The translations under genes were made by a program, and so were the position numbers. A stretch of DNA of 64,000 nucleotides from Clostridia bacterium (GTDB lineage: Bacteria; Bacillota; Clostridia; Peptostreptococcales; JAAYPU01): NCBI GenBank assembly GCA_016278615.1, contig JADQBM010000037.1, forward strand, positions 12,939 through 76,938, written 5' to 3'. Positions 1-10,204 of the stretch are shown here, piece after piece (the stretch's first letter is position 1; every line of letters begins with the position of its first letter). The notes beneath the pieces were generated by a model. That model had not been told where the DNA came from, searched no databases, and saw nothing but the letters and a program-made list of their open reading frames with translations.

Positions 1-1126
1 CCATTTGATGAAGGTCCAAACCACTAGCCTTAAAAGAAGCTGCGCAGGAATTTAAATACAATCGCCACATGCGCACAAATCTTTTTCCATATTTTTTTGT
101 AATATAATCTATATTTTTTTCAAAGTTCTCTGCCCAGTAATCTAAAGTTTTTGCATAATGAAGTCTTAAGCTTTCTACGTCCATTAAATGAAACCCATAA
201 TCCGGCAACAACCAAACCAATTCGCGAATTGATGGAATATATCCTCCTGGAAAAATGTATTTTCTAATCCACTTGTTTGGCGAAACCTCTTTATGATTGG
301 TAATGCAATGCAATACGGATAACCCCCCAGGATTAAGGAGGTCTCTTACTGCTTTCATATACAACGGCAAGTTTGCCTTTCCAACGTGTTCAACCATCCC
401 AACACTAACAACTTTATCAAATTTCTCCTCACTTCCTGCAAGCTTTCTATAATCCATTAATTTTACCTCAACCTGTTCTGTCAAATTAAGCTCTTTAATT
501 CTTTGATTCGATTTTACAAATTGCTCTTCACTTAGAGTGATCCCCAAAGCTTTAACACCATATTGCTGAGCGGCACGGATTATTAACCAGCCCCATCCGC
601 TTCCAATGTCCAAAAGCTTCTCACCTTTCTTAAGCTGGAGCTTTTTAAGAACATAATCGATTTTTTTTAACTGAGCTTCCTGCAAGGAATCTGCCTCTGA
701 GCAAAAATAGGCACAAGAGTAACTCATGGTATCATCCAGCCATAATTCATAAAAATCATTTCCTAAATCATAGTGATGATGGATGTCTTTTTGCTGTTTC
801 GATAAAGAGGTTCCAGTATAATCTCTAGCAAGTAATCTACGCACTCCAGTAAGTCTTTTCTTAGAAAAGGGACGGTTACATTTGTAAAAAGTTTCGATTA
901 CATCTTGCATATTTCCTTCAAGATCAATGACTTCATTCATATAAGCCTCTCCGAAAGCCATGGCTGGGTCTTTCAGAATTTCCTTCTCAGGAATTTTTTC
1001 TTTGAAAATAATCTTGAATTTAGGACTTTCATTACCATAACGCTTTCTTGTACCATCCCAATAGTCAATAATAAAAGAACTCTCATTGCTTTGTTGGAAA
1101 AACTTATCAACTAGTATTCGTTCCAT
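1..1126 (-). CDS. cfa: Cyclopropane-fatty-acyl-phospholipid synthase (3' end beyond window edge; absent from ORF track)
   Basis: Manual translation from ATG at 1126 (RBS AAGGAGG upstream): MERILVDKFF... with HHYDLGNDFYELWLDDTMSYSCAYF, SAM motif LLDIGSGWG and FDKVVSVGMVEHVG. Confidence 0.93.
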   Translation of the reverse strand, partial: MERILVDKFFQQSNESSFIIDYWDGTRKRYGNESPKFKIIFKEKIPEKEILKDPAMAFGEAYMNEVIDLEGNMQDVIETFYKCNRPFSKKRLTGVRRLLARDYTGTSLSKQQKDIHHHYDLGNDFYELWLDDTMSYSCAYFCSEADSLQEAQLKKIDYVLKKLQLKKGEKLLDIGSGWGWLIIRAAQQYGVKALGITLSEEQFVKSNQRIKELNLTEQVEVKLMDYRKLAGSEEKFDKVVSVGMVEHVGKANLPLYMKAVRDLLNPGGLSVLHCITNHKEVSPNKWIRKYIFPGGYIPSIRELVWLLPDYGFHLMDVESLRLHYAKTLDYWAENFEKNIDYITKKYGKRFVRMWRLYLNSCAASFKASGLDLHQM

Positions 1127-1247
1127 ACTAATTCCTCCTTTACATTTTCTTAAGCTTTCCATCTATATTATTGTATCATAGGCAAGCTAGTACCTTCTAT
1201 TATGTCCCCAATATTTGATTTCAATCAAAAACAAAAAGAAACAGCAG

Positions 1248-1320
1248 AAACAATAGGGACGGTTCTTTTTGTTTACACTTCGCTGATAAAAGTAAACAAA
1301 AAGAACCGTCCCTATTGTTT
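1248..1320. repeat. 29-bp perfect inverted repeat, REP/REPIN-like (GGGACGGTTC...GAACCGTCCC)
   Basis: Arms 1248-1276 AAACAATAGGGACGGTTCTTTTTGTTTAC and 1292-1320 are exact reverse complements, 15-nt loop; may also act as a terminator. Confidence 0.85.
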
Positions 1321-1321
1321 T

Positions 1322-1891
1322 TTAGATAATAATAACTCCAATAATACCTCCTATAACCGTAAGAAGAATCGGCCCTATTTTAAATCGATAGGATAAAAAT
1401 AGTATTAATGCAAAAATAAAAAGAGAAGGGACACTGATATATTTTAAAGGATTTTCCATCATTTCAAAACTATAAAAGCCTTCATTGAAAATGGAAGTTT
1501 CGGATAAAAAAATTACAGCTGAGCCCAAAAGCCCGATGGTAGCAGGACGGATACCTAACAATACCCCTTGTACCATTTGATTCTCCTTAAACTTATTCAA
1601 AAATCTTGCAATCATAATAATAATGAGAAAAGAAGGCAATGAAACCCCTATAGTTGCAAAGATGGCCCCTAATATGCCTGCATATTTATCCCCAACATAG
1701 GTGGCTGCATTTACTGCAATGGGACCTGGTGTCATCTGAGATAAAGCTACGAGATTCGAAAATTCCTGAGTCGGCATGATATTAAAAGCCTGTATCTCTT
1801 GAAAAATCAAGGGAAGCATGACAAGTCCACCACCGAAACTAAAAAGACCTATTTTGAAGAAAATGTAAAAAAGTTCGAAATACTGCTGCAT
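1322..1891 (-). CDS. chrA: Chromate transporter, short-chain CHR family, subunit 2
   Basis: FFKIGLFSFGGG and SQMTPGP motifs; hydrophobic. Confidence 0.9.
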   Translation of the reverse strand: MQQYFELFYIFFKIGLFSFGGGLVMLPLIFQEIQAFNIMPTQEFSNLVALSQMTPGPIAVNAATYVGDKYAGILGAIFATIGVSLPSFLIIIMIARFLNKFKENQMVQGVLLGIRPATIGLLGSAVIFLSETSIFNEGFYSFEMMENPLKYISVPSLFIFALILFLSYRFKIGPILLTVIGGIIGVIII

Positions 1892-2446
1892 TTATCCTTT
1901 TCTCCTTTTTGAAAAAAAATACACTAAAAAACCTACAACTCCACCCGTTAAAATTGCCCAAGCAGCGCTAATATTAAATATTACAATAATAACAAATGCC
2001 GTAACAGCAATTAAATATGCTACTTTCCCTTTCAAAATGATTTTTCCCATTTTGATTGCTGTAATCAATACCAATGCTACGGTTGCCGCTCTAATGCCAC
2101 TGAAGATCTTCTCAACATAAACATTATTCTCTAAGCCAGATAGAAATGCTAATATAAGTAAAATGGATACTACTGCAGGCAGGGTGACTCCCAAAACAGC
2201 AAAAAATGCACCGCTAATCCCAGAAACTTTGTTGCCCACAAAAATAGATGAATTTATTGCCACCACTCCAGGCACTGATTGTGCGATGGCCAGATATTCT
2301 ATCATCTCTTCTTCTTTTGCCCATTTTTTATGGTCAACAACTTCTCTTTGAATAAGAGGAATCATAGCGATACCACCACCAAAGGTTGAACACCCTATTT
2401 TGAAAAAAACAGAAAATAGCCGCCAATAATTTAATAAGTTCTTCAT
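1892..2446 (-). CDS. chrA: Chromate transporter, short-chain CHR family, subunit 1
   Basis: FKIGCSTFGGG and AQSVPG motifs; start set at ATG 2446 after GGAGG. Confidence 0.88.
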   Translation of the reverse strand: MKNLLNYWRLFSVFFKIGCSTFGGGIAMIPLIQREVVDHKKWAKEEEMIEYLAIAQSVPGVVAINSSIFVGNKVSGISGAFFAVLGVTLPAVVSILLILAFLSGLENNVYVEKIFSGIRAATVALVLITAIKMGKIILKGKVAYLIAVTAFVIIVIFNISAAWAILTGGVVGFLVYFFSKRRKG

Positions 2447-2558
2447 TCCTGCCTCCACTATACTCAATAATTTGCTCAATGATATCGTCATTCATTCTCT
2501 GAAAAATTTTTTTGATTAAATCCAATAATTATGAATGGTTAACATCATTTATAAGGTT

Positions 2559-2585
2559 AAAAAGCCGAGAGAATTCTCTCGGCTT
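2559..2585 (-). terminator. Intrinsic terminator
   Basis: AAGCCGAGAG-AATT-CTCTCGGCTT palindrome with a T run on the minus strand, downstream of 2613..3611. Confidence 0.75.
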
Positions 2586-2612
2586 GAATAATTGATTATT
2601 AAAAATCTTACT

Positions 2613-3611
2613 TTAATAATAAGTAAACTCGATGCTACTCCCAGATTCATATAATTTAACTAATTTCCTGTCTGCATCCGTATCATAAAAGTATCCATCA
2701 ATATCTGCGTCATCAAATACATCTTTAATAAAATCATAGACCTCTTCCAAGAAATCCTCTATGTCACCATCATCTAAGTCATCCCATTCATCATCATAAT
2801 CGCCCAAATCAATCTCGATATTGAATACAATATCATCCTCATCCCCGTCGACTACAATGTCCAAATCATCCAAGTCGATATCAACTAATTCTCCAAAATC
2901 CTCATCATCCAATGCATCATTTAAGTCATCTTCCAAGTCACCGATGTCGCCGCCTAAACCTTCTATCTCCACGTCTTCGTCATATTCACACTCGAATTCA
3001 ACAAATTTATTGGAACCATCTTTAATATACCCACTAATGTCTACATCGTCAAATTCATCAAAAATGTCATCACATACATCTTGTAGGAAATCCTCTTGGT
3101 CACCTGAGTCCAAATCATCCCAATCATCTTCATCTGAAGAAATTTTTACAATAATCTCGTCATCATCCTTTGAAAGCTGAAATTCAAAATCCACATCTTC
3201 ATATGTTTCATAATCATCATTTAAATTGTCTTCAAGGGCATCTAAATCTCCGCCTTCTAACCGCTTTGTGAGTTCTAAAATCTCAGCATTTTTTATTGCC
3301 AGCTGTGTCTTAAGATCATTTTCTTCACCTGTATCTGTAATATGTACGGTCTTGGTCGCGTCAAGCCATTGTATACTCTTGCCAAAGAGATTGGCTGCAT
3401 TCCTTAAAGGAATATATGTCGTACCATTTATTACAACGGTATTCAGTTCTTTTGTAACATCGTTATTGTTATAAGAAATCTTATTAGATCCAATCCAAAC
3501 CTCCAGATTTTGCTTTATTCCCAATTGTACTTCCTGTCCAATGGAAACAACTGTCATTAAAACAAGAATGATTACTATTATTGGTATTATCATCTTAGAC
3601 TGTTTTTTCAT
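2613..3611 (-). CDS. Secreted stalk (copper amine oxidase N-terminal-like) domain protein with very acidic duplicated C-terminal domain
   Basis: N-terminal hydrophobic segment; INGTTYIPLR...GKSIQW stalk motif; two D/E-rich repeats (WDDLD.GD.EDFL..V.D.I.D.FDD.DI.GY). Confidence 0.75.
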   Translation of the reverse strand: MKKQSKMIIPIIVIILVLMTVVSIGQEVQLGIKQNLEVWIGSNKISYNNNDVTKELNTVVINGTTYIPLRNAANLFGKSIQWLDATKTVHITDTGEENDLKTQLAIKNAEILELTKRLEGGDLDALEDNLNDDYETYEDVDFEFQLSKDDDEIIVKISSDEDDWDDLDSGDQEDFLQDVCDDIFDEFDDVDISGYIKDGSNKFVEFECEYDEDVEIEGLGGDIGDLEDDLNDALDDEDFGELVDIDLDDLDIVVDGDEDDIVFNIEIDLGDYDDEWDDLDDGDIEDFLEEVYDFIKDVFDDADIDGYFYDTDADRKLVKLYESGSSIEFTYY

Positions 3612-3757
3612 AAATTCTTCTCCCCTTTTTTATACATATTGTAACCTAAGAACTCTCTTAGATATTTCTTTACTTATACAAATAATACTATCATAAAAAC
3701 TGTCATGAATTCAACTCAAGTTGTTATCTTTTGTCAAAAAAACGGAACTTTAGGCTA

Positions 3758-5488
3758 TTATTTGATTTTAATATATATTCTTGATTCTAAATAACCCAAC
3801 GTCATTGTATCTGTGCCTTTTATGTTTTCCCCATTCAAATTGTAGAACATAAAGGTGATGGATACTTTCTCATTGCCATCCATTATCATAATATCTTCTA
3901 TTTTTTCAGGTTGTTTCCCTTGTCTCATAAGATGATATTGTCCCGCCAAATCTTCCATATTGACCTCATAGACCTTCTCATCCTTTAGTAAAATTTCGAA
4001 TTCTTTAGATACCTCTGAATAGAGCACATGCATATCACCACTTCGAGAATCAATGCCTCTTTCCAAATCAGCAACATAATCATATTCAGAAATATCAAAC
4101 AGTGAAGCTCTTTCACTGAAGTAGTAATTAATATACTCCATATCCCTTATATAATTCACGTATTCAAAACCGAAAACATCTTTCATCTGTTCTAAATCAA
4201 AATCCTGAGGCAATACCCTTATATCTTTAAGCTCATGATTATATTCAAAATAGCGTAATATCTCACTAATCGCTTTTTCTTCCTCTTCTGAAAGCTTTTG
4301 ACTGGGCTTAATAATCTCATCACCATTTAACATACCATATTCTTCTAAAAGTGATTCGAATCTATTATTTTGACTCCATATAGAAACAGAAATCCCACTC
4401 AAAGGGCCGTAAGCTGAAATAAGCAATATAACTGTAGCTGAAATCACAACGATAATAGATTTATAATGCTTCGAAAAAATACCATAAACCATATTCCCCA
4501 AAATCCATAATCCAGAAATGATAACACCATACCTAGGGATTGTAATGCCATACTCATTTACCCGAATGGCAATGGCAAAAAACATAATACCTAAAGGAAT
4601 TAGTATGACCATAGGGAAATACTTTGAGAAATGCTTAGCCCATTTATTTTCATCTCCGAGTGAACGCACAAAGAATAATGAAATGGTGCTAATGATACCA
4701 TACCAAAGAACAAGGTTACCAACCAACCCTCTGGGCCACTCCCACGTCAGAATCATTTTTGCAAAATAGGCATATAAAATTACTGTATATATTGAAATAA
4801 GCGGTAAGATAATATATAAAAAAAGCGTACGAAGTACCTTTGGATAATTTATAATTTTCATGTCTTCATCATAAGTTGGAATGTTGCCTAAAAAATATGG
4901 AACTGCAAATAAACCCGCAACCAAAATAAAAATATCCATATATATTTTACTGCTTATTGTTAGATCAAAGAGTTGTTCAACTGTAAATATCGTTGCGATA
5001 ATCCCTAAGAATAATACCAACGAATATAGACAGGTAATAAAAAACCTTGTGATCAGATTCATCACATACAGAGAATAGTTCTTTCTCTTAAGAAAATATG
5101 GCACCAAGGTAAAAACTAAGTACAAACTTGCGCTCAGAGTGAGATATCTGAACATGAAGACTTGGTCAGGTTCTTTTGGAATAAAAAGATAATAGACCAA
5201 AAGAAAGCCTAAAACAGCGATATCCACTACATACCTTCTGGAGATTTTGTTCTTGAATCGCTCAAAGTACAGCTTAATGGTAGCAAATAATGGTAATCCT
5301 AATGCAAGGCTCAAAAGAACTTTATATAAAATGTCTTCCAATTCACTGTTAATAGACTCCATATGGTTCAACAAAATTGCAATGATAACAATGGATACAG
5401 AAACCATTAGAGTCTCCGGAAACCGCTTTGCACTATCCCTTAGCTTTAATAATATGACTCCAATAATGGTTTCTAATTTTTTAATCAA
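3758..5488 (-). CDS. DUF4153-like polytopic membrane protein
   Basis: Many TM segments; RFP, YPKVL..LFLYI..P, RVNEYGIT..RY and GPLS..S..SQ..R patterns. Confidence 0.75.
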   Translation of the reverse strand: MIKKLETIIGVILLKLRDSAKRFPETLMVSVSIVIIAILLNHMESINSELEDILYKVLLSLALGLPLFATIKLYFERFKNKISRRYVVDIAVLGFLLVYYLFIPKEPDQVFMFRYLTLSASLYLVFTLVPYFLKRKNYSLYVMNLITRFFITCLYSLVLFLGIIATIFTVEQLFDLTISSKIYMDIFILVAGLFAVPYFLGNIPTYDEDMKIINYPKVLRTLFLYIILPLISIYTVILYAYFAKMILTWEWPRGLVGNLVLWYGIISTISLFFVRSLGDENKWAKHFSKYFPMVILIPLGIMFFAIAIRVNEYGITIPRYGVIISGLWILGNMVYGIFSKHYKSIIVVISATVILLISAYGPLSGISVSIWSQNNRFESLLEEYGMLNGDEIIKPSQKLSEEEEKAISEILRYFEYNHELKDIRVLPQDFDLEQMKDVFGFEYVNYIRDMEYINYYFSERASLFDISEYDYVADLERGIDSRSGDMHVLYSEVSKEFEILLKDEKVYEVNMEDLAGQYHLMRQGKQPEKIEDIMIMDGNEKVSITFMFYNLNGENIKGTDTMTLGYLESRIYIKIK

Positions 5489-5574
5489 TCTAATCCCTCA
5501 CTTCTTTCTGCAAATCTTACTACTATTTAATATTACCAAAATTATGGAATACTTACTATAAATATTCTAAAGAA

Positions 5575-6036
5575 TTATTCTGAGTCATTTTGTATTATGG
5601 GTTCACCTTCTGTGATTTCTATAGGCTGTACGCTATGGATTCTAAGGACAACATAAGGATAAGTGATAACTTGTAAAGTCATGCTCTCCTTATTTGGCTT
5701 TGTTTCATTATATAAAATAGATATGCTGCCTTCTACATCTTTAACATGATCAATATGAATGCCATAACCTCCTGTATTCCTTTCACCAAGACCGATAAAA
5801 ACGTACTGAGAATTTTCGAATAAAATAACCTGAGCATTTCCCTCTGTCATCTCTTTCTCTATAATGCTCGCCATCTCTTCCGGAATGTCTTCATCTTCGA
5901 CAATAGAATACGTTATATCATTCCCTATAACACCATCATCCTTCCCTTCCGCTTCAGCACAGCCTGTACCGAACACCCCTAAACTCATTAAAAGGATAAA
6001 TAGTAACATTCTATTTTTCATAATCATAACCCCCAT
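5575..6036 (-). CDS. PrcB C-terminal domain lipoprotein
   Basis: Lipobox-like GTGC; LGERNTGGYGI and QVITYPYVV motifs. Confidence 0.8.
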   Translation of the reverse strand: MGVMIMKNRMLLFILLMSLGVFGTGCAEAEGKDDGVIGNDITYSIVEDEDIPEEMASIIEKEMTEGNAQVILFENSQYVFIGLGERNTGGYGIHIDHVKDVEGSISILYNETKPNKESMTLQVITYPYVVLRIHSVQPIEITEGEPIIQNDSE

Positions 6037-6175
6037 TTTACATTTTTCTCCTTTGACGCCCCAAATACATTTTTGTTCCCTTCTTGCTTTTGTTCATCCC
6101 CTTTATCTTGCTCCCTTGTTTGAATAAAAAAATAACCTAAACAATATTCTGTTTAAGCTATTTTATATATACTTC

Positions 6176-6904
6176 TTAACGGCATTCCACTACGATGCCT
6201 TCTAAAAGTGGCTCTCCACGAATATCTCTTCTAACGTTCATGGGTGCAATGTTGACTGTATTCTCTGGCATATCAAATGGATTTATCTCAACGACTCTTG
6301 TTCCAGCCCAAGTCGGTTCTTGCTCATAAGGTGCTGTCCGACTGAGTATAGCAGAATACCTTTCTTCACCCATCAGTAGCGTTCCCACATAAGCATCAAA
6401 ATCTCCAATATTTTGAGGCGTTGGCAGCCCTAAAGCAGCAAAGGTTATCGCATAATTCCCATCGCCTGCTGGATGAATATATACAACCCCTCCTGTTATT
6501 TCAGGAAATGCCGTTGGGGTATCTGAAGTTCGATTGAGTACAATGGCACATCCTTTGTATCGCTCATCCGCTGCAGGAATACAGATGCGCTGCCCAACGA
6601 ATAATATATTTGGATTCGTAATTTGTGGGTTGACAAACAATATCTGAGCAAGAGGCACTCTAAATTTTTGAGCAATGATATTTAAATTCTCACCACTTTT
6701 AATGGTATAAAACTCACCACTGCATCTAATGGGCACACAAATTTGCTGCCCGATATATAAAATGTTTGGATTCGAAATCTGTGGATTTGCCAATATTAAG
6801 TCTTGTATTGAAACATTATATTGAGCTGCTATACCATAAAAAGTATCCCCAGCTTTAATAAAATAAGTAACACCTTGACATTCCCTCTGTAAATAATGAA
6901 CCAT
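6176..6904 (-). CDS. Two-LysM protein, SafA/ExsA-like spore assembly protein
   Basis: Two LysM repeats with ANPQISNPNILYIGQQICVP-type ends. Confidence 0.8.
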   Translation of the reverse strand: MVHYLQRECQGVTYFIKAGDTFYGIAAQYNVSIQDLILANPQISNPNILYIGQQICVPIRCSGEFYTIKSGENLNIIAQKFRVPLAQILFVNPQITNPNILFVGQRICIPAADERYKGCAIVLNRTSDTPTAFPEITGGVVYIHPAGDGNYAITFAALGLPTPQNIGDFDAYVGTLLMGEERYSAILSRTAPYEQEPTWAGTRVVEINPFDMPENTVNIAPMNVRRDIRGEPLLEGIVVECR

Positions 6905-6972
6905 CTTTCCATCTCCTTAAAAAAAATTCCTGCTAATAGCATGATATTCAAATTAGTAAGATAGTGATACAG

Positions 6973-7028
6973 GAGATTAGAGATTAGAGATTAGGTGGCA
7001 GGGGACAGGGGACTGAAAGCTGAAATAT
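6973..7028. repeat. Degenerate 7-bp tandem array
   Basis: GAGATTA x3, GGTGGCA, GGGGACA, GGGGACT, GAAAGCT, GAAATAT in one 7-nt register. Confidence 0.6.
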
Positions 7029-7176
7029 TAAGGATAAGTGTAAGTTAAATACTATGTGTTAAATAATAAGTATTGAGTGAGTGAAAATCTAATGAAAACC
7101 TGTTTTAAAGAACTTATTATTTATTTTTTAATATTCAACTTACACTACTCTGAAAGAGTTTATTTACACTTAATAC

Positions 7177-8301
7177 TTAGAGCGTAATTTTATTTAAGTC
7201 TGTAAGATACTCTACAACCTCTTGGGGTTTTCCTCTAAAAACAATTTTCTCTACGTTTTTTTGTATCTGGTATTCATACATAGGGTCATAATACTCTTTT
7301 AAGAGCATGTCTATCCATTTTTCGTGAGAAACAGAATTTCCGAAAATCATTTGTTGGTTATAGGCAAATTCAAATAAATTCACGAGGCGTTTGTAACGTT
7401 CTCCACCCAGACGCTTTTTCAGCTTACTCATACTACTGCTTATATACGCATACCACTCTGATAGGCCCTGTTCTTCTCCAAATGTTGTAACATATTCCTT
7501 CTGAGATTGAATCACATATTCATTCATGGTGTTTTGTACACGCTGATCAAAAGGCAATTCCAATAATACCAATTCTCCAAGATTAAAATACTGATATAAT
7601 GGTTCTGGAATACGGCACTTGCCTATATTGGTCCCTTCATCTTCTAATATCATATACTTATACGCTTCTTGTTCATGCTGAATCAAGGCATAAGCCAAAT
7701 CATTTTCAAAGCTGATTTGAGTCGGTTGGGGTGTAAGTTGCCCACCGAAAGAAGATCCTCGGTGATTGGAAATACCTTCCAAATCAATAGAATTATTAAG
7801 ACTTTTTAATAATTGAGTTTTGCCAGAACCAGTGTATCCCCCTAATAAAACAGGGATACTCTTTTGCATGTCAGGGTTTAGAGCGTTAAGAAGAAAATTT
7901 CTAAAAGCTTTATACCCCCCCTCCAGTCTCATCACTTTCTTCCCAGTTGCCTCAAAAATCCATCTTTGACTTATTTGTGACCGTAGGCCGCCTCTAAAAC
8001 AATAAAGCATACCCTCTGGGTTTTGGGTAATAAAAGAAACCCAAGCTTCAATTCTTTCTTGCCTCTTTTCCCCTGTTACCAATTCATGTCCCAACTTAAC
8101 AGCTTCGTCACTTCCTTTTTTTGCATAGCAAGTACCTACCAAATGTCTCTCTTCATCATTCATAAGAGGTAAATTGACAGCATTAATAAAAGCACCCTGC
8201 TTGAATTCCAAGGGTGCACGCACATCTATAAGGGGGATTTCCCCGGTAACAATTCCTTTAAAATCTCTATTAGTATGGGTTATCATATTAAACACTTCCA
8301 T
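7177..8301 (-). CDS. selU: tRNA 2-selenouridine synthase
   Basis: Rhodanese domain IDVRAP.EF and YCFRGGLRS; P-loop GYTGSGKT; HRGSSFG; YYDPMY; TAATG overlap with selD. Confidence 0.95.
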   Translation of the reverse strand: MEVFNMITHTNRDFKGIVTGEIPLIDVRAPLEFKQGAFINAVNLPLMNDEERHLVGTCYAKKGSDEAVKLGHELVTGEKRQERIEAWVSFITQNPEGMLYCFRGGLRSQISQRWIFEATGKKVMRLEGGYKAFRNFLLNALNPDMQKSIPVLLGGYTGSGKTQLLKSLNNSIDLEGISNHRGSSFGGQLTPQPTQISFENDLAYALIQHEQEAYKYMILEDEGTNIGKCRIPEPLYQYFNLGELVLLELPFDQRVQNTMNEYVIQSQKEYVTTFGEEQGLSEWYAYISSSMSKLKKRLGGERYKRLVNLFEFAYNQQMIFGNSVSHEKWIDMLLKEYYDPMYEYQIQKNVEKIVFRGKPQEVVEYLTDLNKITL

Positions 8302-9332
8302 TATTTTACTGTAATGAGCTTCTCATTTCTTTCACAGGTTTGTCCGATGCTACTAAGGGATAAACCTGCTGCAGTAGTTACATTTATAAATTCCGGAACA
8401 CTTTCCTTTCGAACAATCACCAAAAGCCCACCGGAAGTTTGGGCATCACATAAAATCCATTTCTGCTCTTCCGTCATTTCATTGATGGCATGCCCATAGC
8501 TTTTAAAGTTATTCCTTGTCCCTCCTGAAATACAATCCATTTCAAAATATTTTTTTGTATTCGGTAGCAATGGCACTTGGTCATACCAAATAGTAGCAGA
8601 AATTCCGCTGCCTTCACAAATTTCACCCAAATGCCCCAGCAATCCAAACCCTGTCACGTCTGTTAGCGCCACAACGCCATTTATAGTCGAAATCTCCGTG
8701 CCAATTTTATTAAGGGTGCACATGGCTTCAATCGCTACATCTATGTGAGTGGGTTCAATTTTCTTTCTTTTTTGTGCCGTGGTTAAAATACCGATACCAA
8801 GTGGTTTGGTTAAAAATATTTCGCATTCAGGTTCTGCTTTATTGTTTTGCTTTAACTGTTTGTTTTGTACAATGCCAGTTACTGCCAGTCCAAAGATGGG
8901 TTCCGGCGCATCAATGGAATGCCCACCGGCAAGAGGAATCCCTGCATCACCACATGCCGCGCGGCCACCTTCCAAAACTTGTCTCGCCACATCTGTTGAA
9001 AGTAGCTCTAAAGGCCATCCTAAAATTGCAATGGCCATAAGAGGTTTGCCACCCATAGCATAAATATCGCTGATGGCATTGGTAGCAGCAATCTTACCAA
9101 AAGTGAAGGGGTCATCCACGATGGGCATAAAAAAATCCGTCGTACTGAGAATCGAGGTCCCATTTCCCAAATCATAAGCAGCCGCATCATCTTTACTACT
9201 GTTGCCCACCAGTAGGTTTGGATATTTAATAATATCCTTATTTGTTTTTATTATGGTTTCTAATATCTCTGGAGATATTTTACACCCACATCCCGCACCG
9301 TGACTGTATTCAGTTAATTTTATGTTCTTCAT
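8301..9332 (-). CDS. selD: Selenide, water dikinase (Cys-type)
   Basis: [47 protein letters not shown]. Confidence 0.97.
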   Translation of the reverse strand: MKNIKLTEYSHGAGCGCKISPEILETIIKTNKDIIKYPNLLVGNSSKDDAAAYDLGNGTSILSTTDFFMPIVDDPFTFGKIAATNAISDIYAMGGKPLMAIAILGWPLELLSTDVARQVLEGGRAACGDAGIPLAGGHSIDAPEPIFGLAVTGIVQNKQLKQNNKAEPECEIFLTKPLGIGILTTAQKRKKIEPTHIDVAIEAMCTLNKIGTEISTINGVVALTDVTGFGLLGHLGEICEGSGISATIWYDQVPLLPNTKKYFEMDCISGGTRNNFKSYGHAINEMTEEQKWILCDAQTSGGLLVIVRKESVPEFINVTTAAGLSLSSIGQTCERNEKLITVK

Positions 9333-9463
9333 TAATTACATCCTCTTCGCTATTAAATTTGATAATAAATATTATATCATATTCGTATTACTCTATTCTA
9401 TAAACCCATATATAAAATCAACGAACACAAATAGAATTAAAAATCTTATCTATCCTAAAATAG

Positions 9464-9499
9464 AAAAAGAGACGCGTCAGAATTTTGACATGTCTCTTT
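9464..9499 (-). terminator. Intrinsic terminator after the CoA-transferase genes
   Basis: AAAGAGAC.CGTCA...TGACA.GTCTCTTT hairpin with a T run on the minus strand. Confidence 0.7.
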
Positions 9500-9550
9500 G
9501 AACTTAAAAAACAATATATTTTTTTCCATTATGGATTGAGGTATATATAT

Positions 9551-10204
9551 CTACTTTGTCATTTCTTTCAACTTTGAGCTCACCATTATAGTTGCTTCTG
9601 TCGCCTCCATGACCTGGTCAATTGAATAGTCTGAATTTATTTCAGTGAGCACCAGTCCAGATGGTGTAACTTCTATAACACCCATTTCTGTAACAATCAT
9701 ATCTACAACCCTTAATGCTGTATATGGAAGGGTACACTTTTTTAGAATTTTGTGCTTACCCTTATTGGTGTGTTGCATGGCAATGATAACCTTTTTAGCT
9801 CCTACCACAAGATCCATAGCGCCACCCATTCCCGGAAGCATAACACCAGGAATGATCCAATTGGCGAGATTTCCTTCTTCATCTACTTGGAGCGCTCCTA
9901 AAACCGTTATATCAACATGGTGCCCCCTAATAATTCCAAAAGAAGTTGCACTATCAAAAAATGAAGCGCCAGATTTAATGGTTACATATTGGGCGCCTGC
10001 ATTGATTAAATCCACATCTTCTTGGCCCTTTTCAGGAGCAGGACCCAGCCCTAAAAATCCATTCTCGGACTGAAACGTGATATCATAATCATCAGGAATA
10101 TAGTTGGCAACTTTTGTAGGGAGACCAATGCCAAGGTTCACAACATCTCCATCCTTTAACTCTTTTGCCACTCTTTTAGCGATCATTTCCTTTACATCTG
10201 CCAT
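9551..10204 (-). CDS. atoA: Butyrate/acetate:acetoacetate CoA-transferase beta subunit
   Basis: VNLGIGLPT, catalytic [13 protein letters not shown]. Confidence 0.93.
   Translation of the reverse strand: MADVKEMIAKRVAKELKDGDVVNLGIGLPTKVANYIPDDYDITFQSENGFLGLGPAPEKGQEDVDLINAGAQYVTIKSGASFFDSATSFGIIRGHHVDITVLGALQVDEEGNLANWIIPGVMLPGMGGAMDLVVGAKKVIIAMQHTNKGKHKILKKCTLPYTALRVVDMIVTEMGVIEVTPSGLVLTEINSDYSIDQVMEATEATIMVSSKLKEMTK

Noticed and set aside
905-1396. Plus-strand ORFs 905..1114 and 1202..1396
   Set aside because: The first is antisense to cfa; the second runs across the REP-like palindrome and the chrA 3' end; neither has recognisable motifs
2821-3474. Ser-rich plus-strand ORFs
   Set aside because: Antisense shadow of the Asp/Glu codons of the acidic protein
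8301-9332. Selenocysteine recoding or SECIS in selD
   Set aside because: The active-site position is Cys (GCGCK) and the ORF has no in-frame TGA
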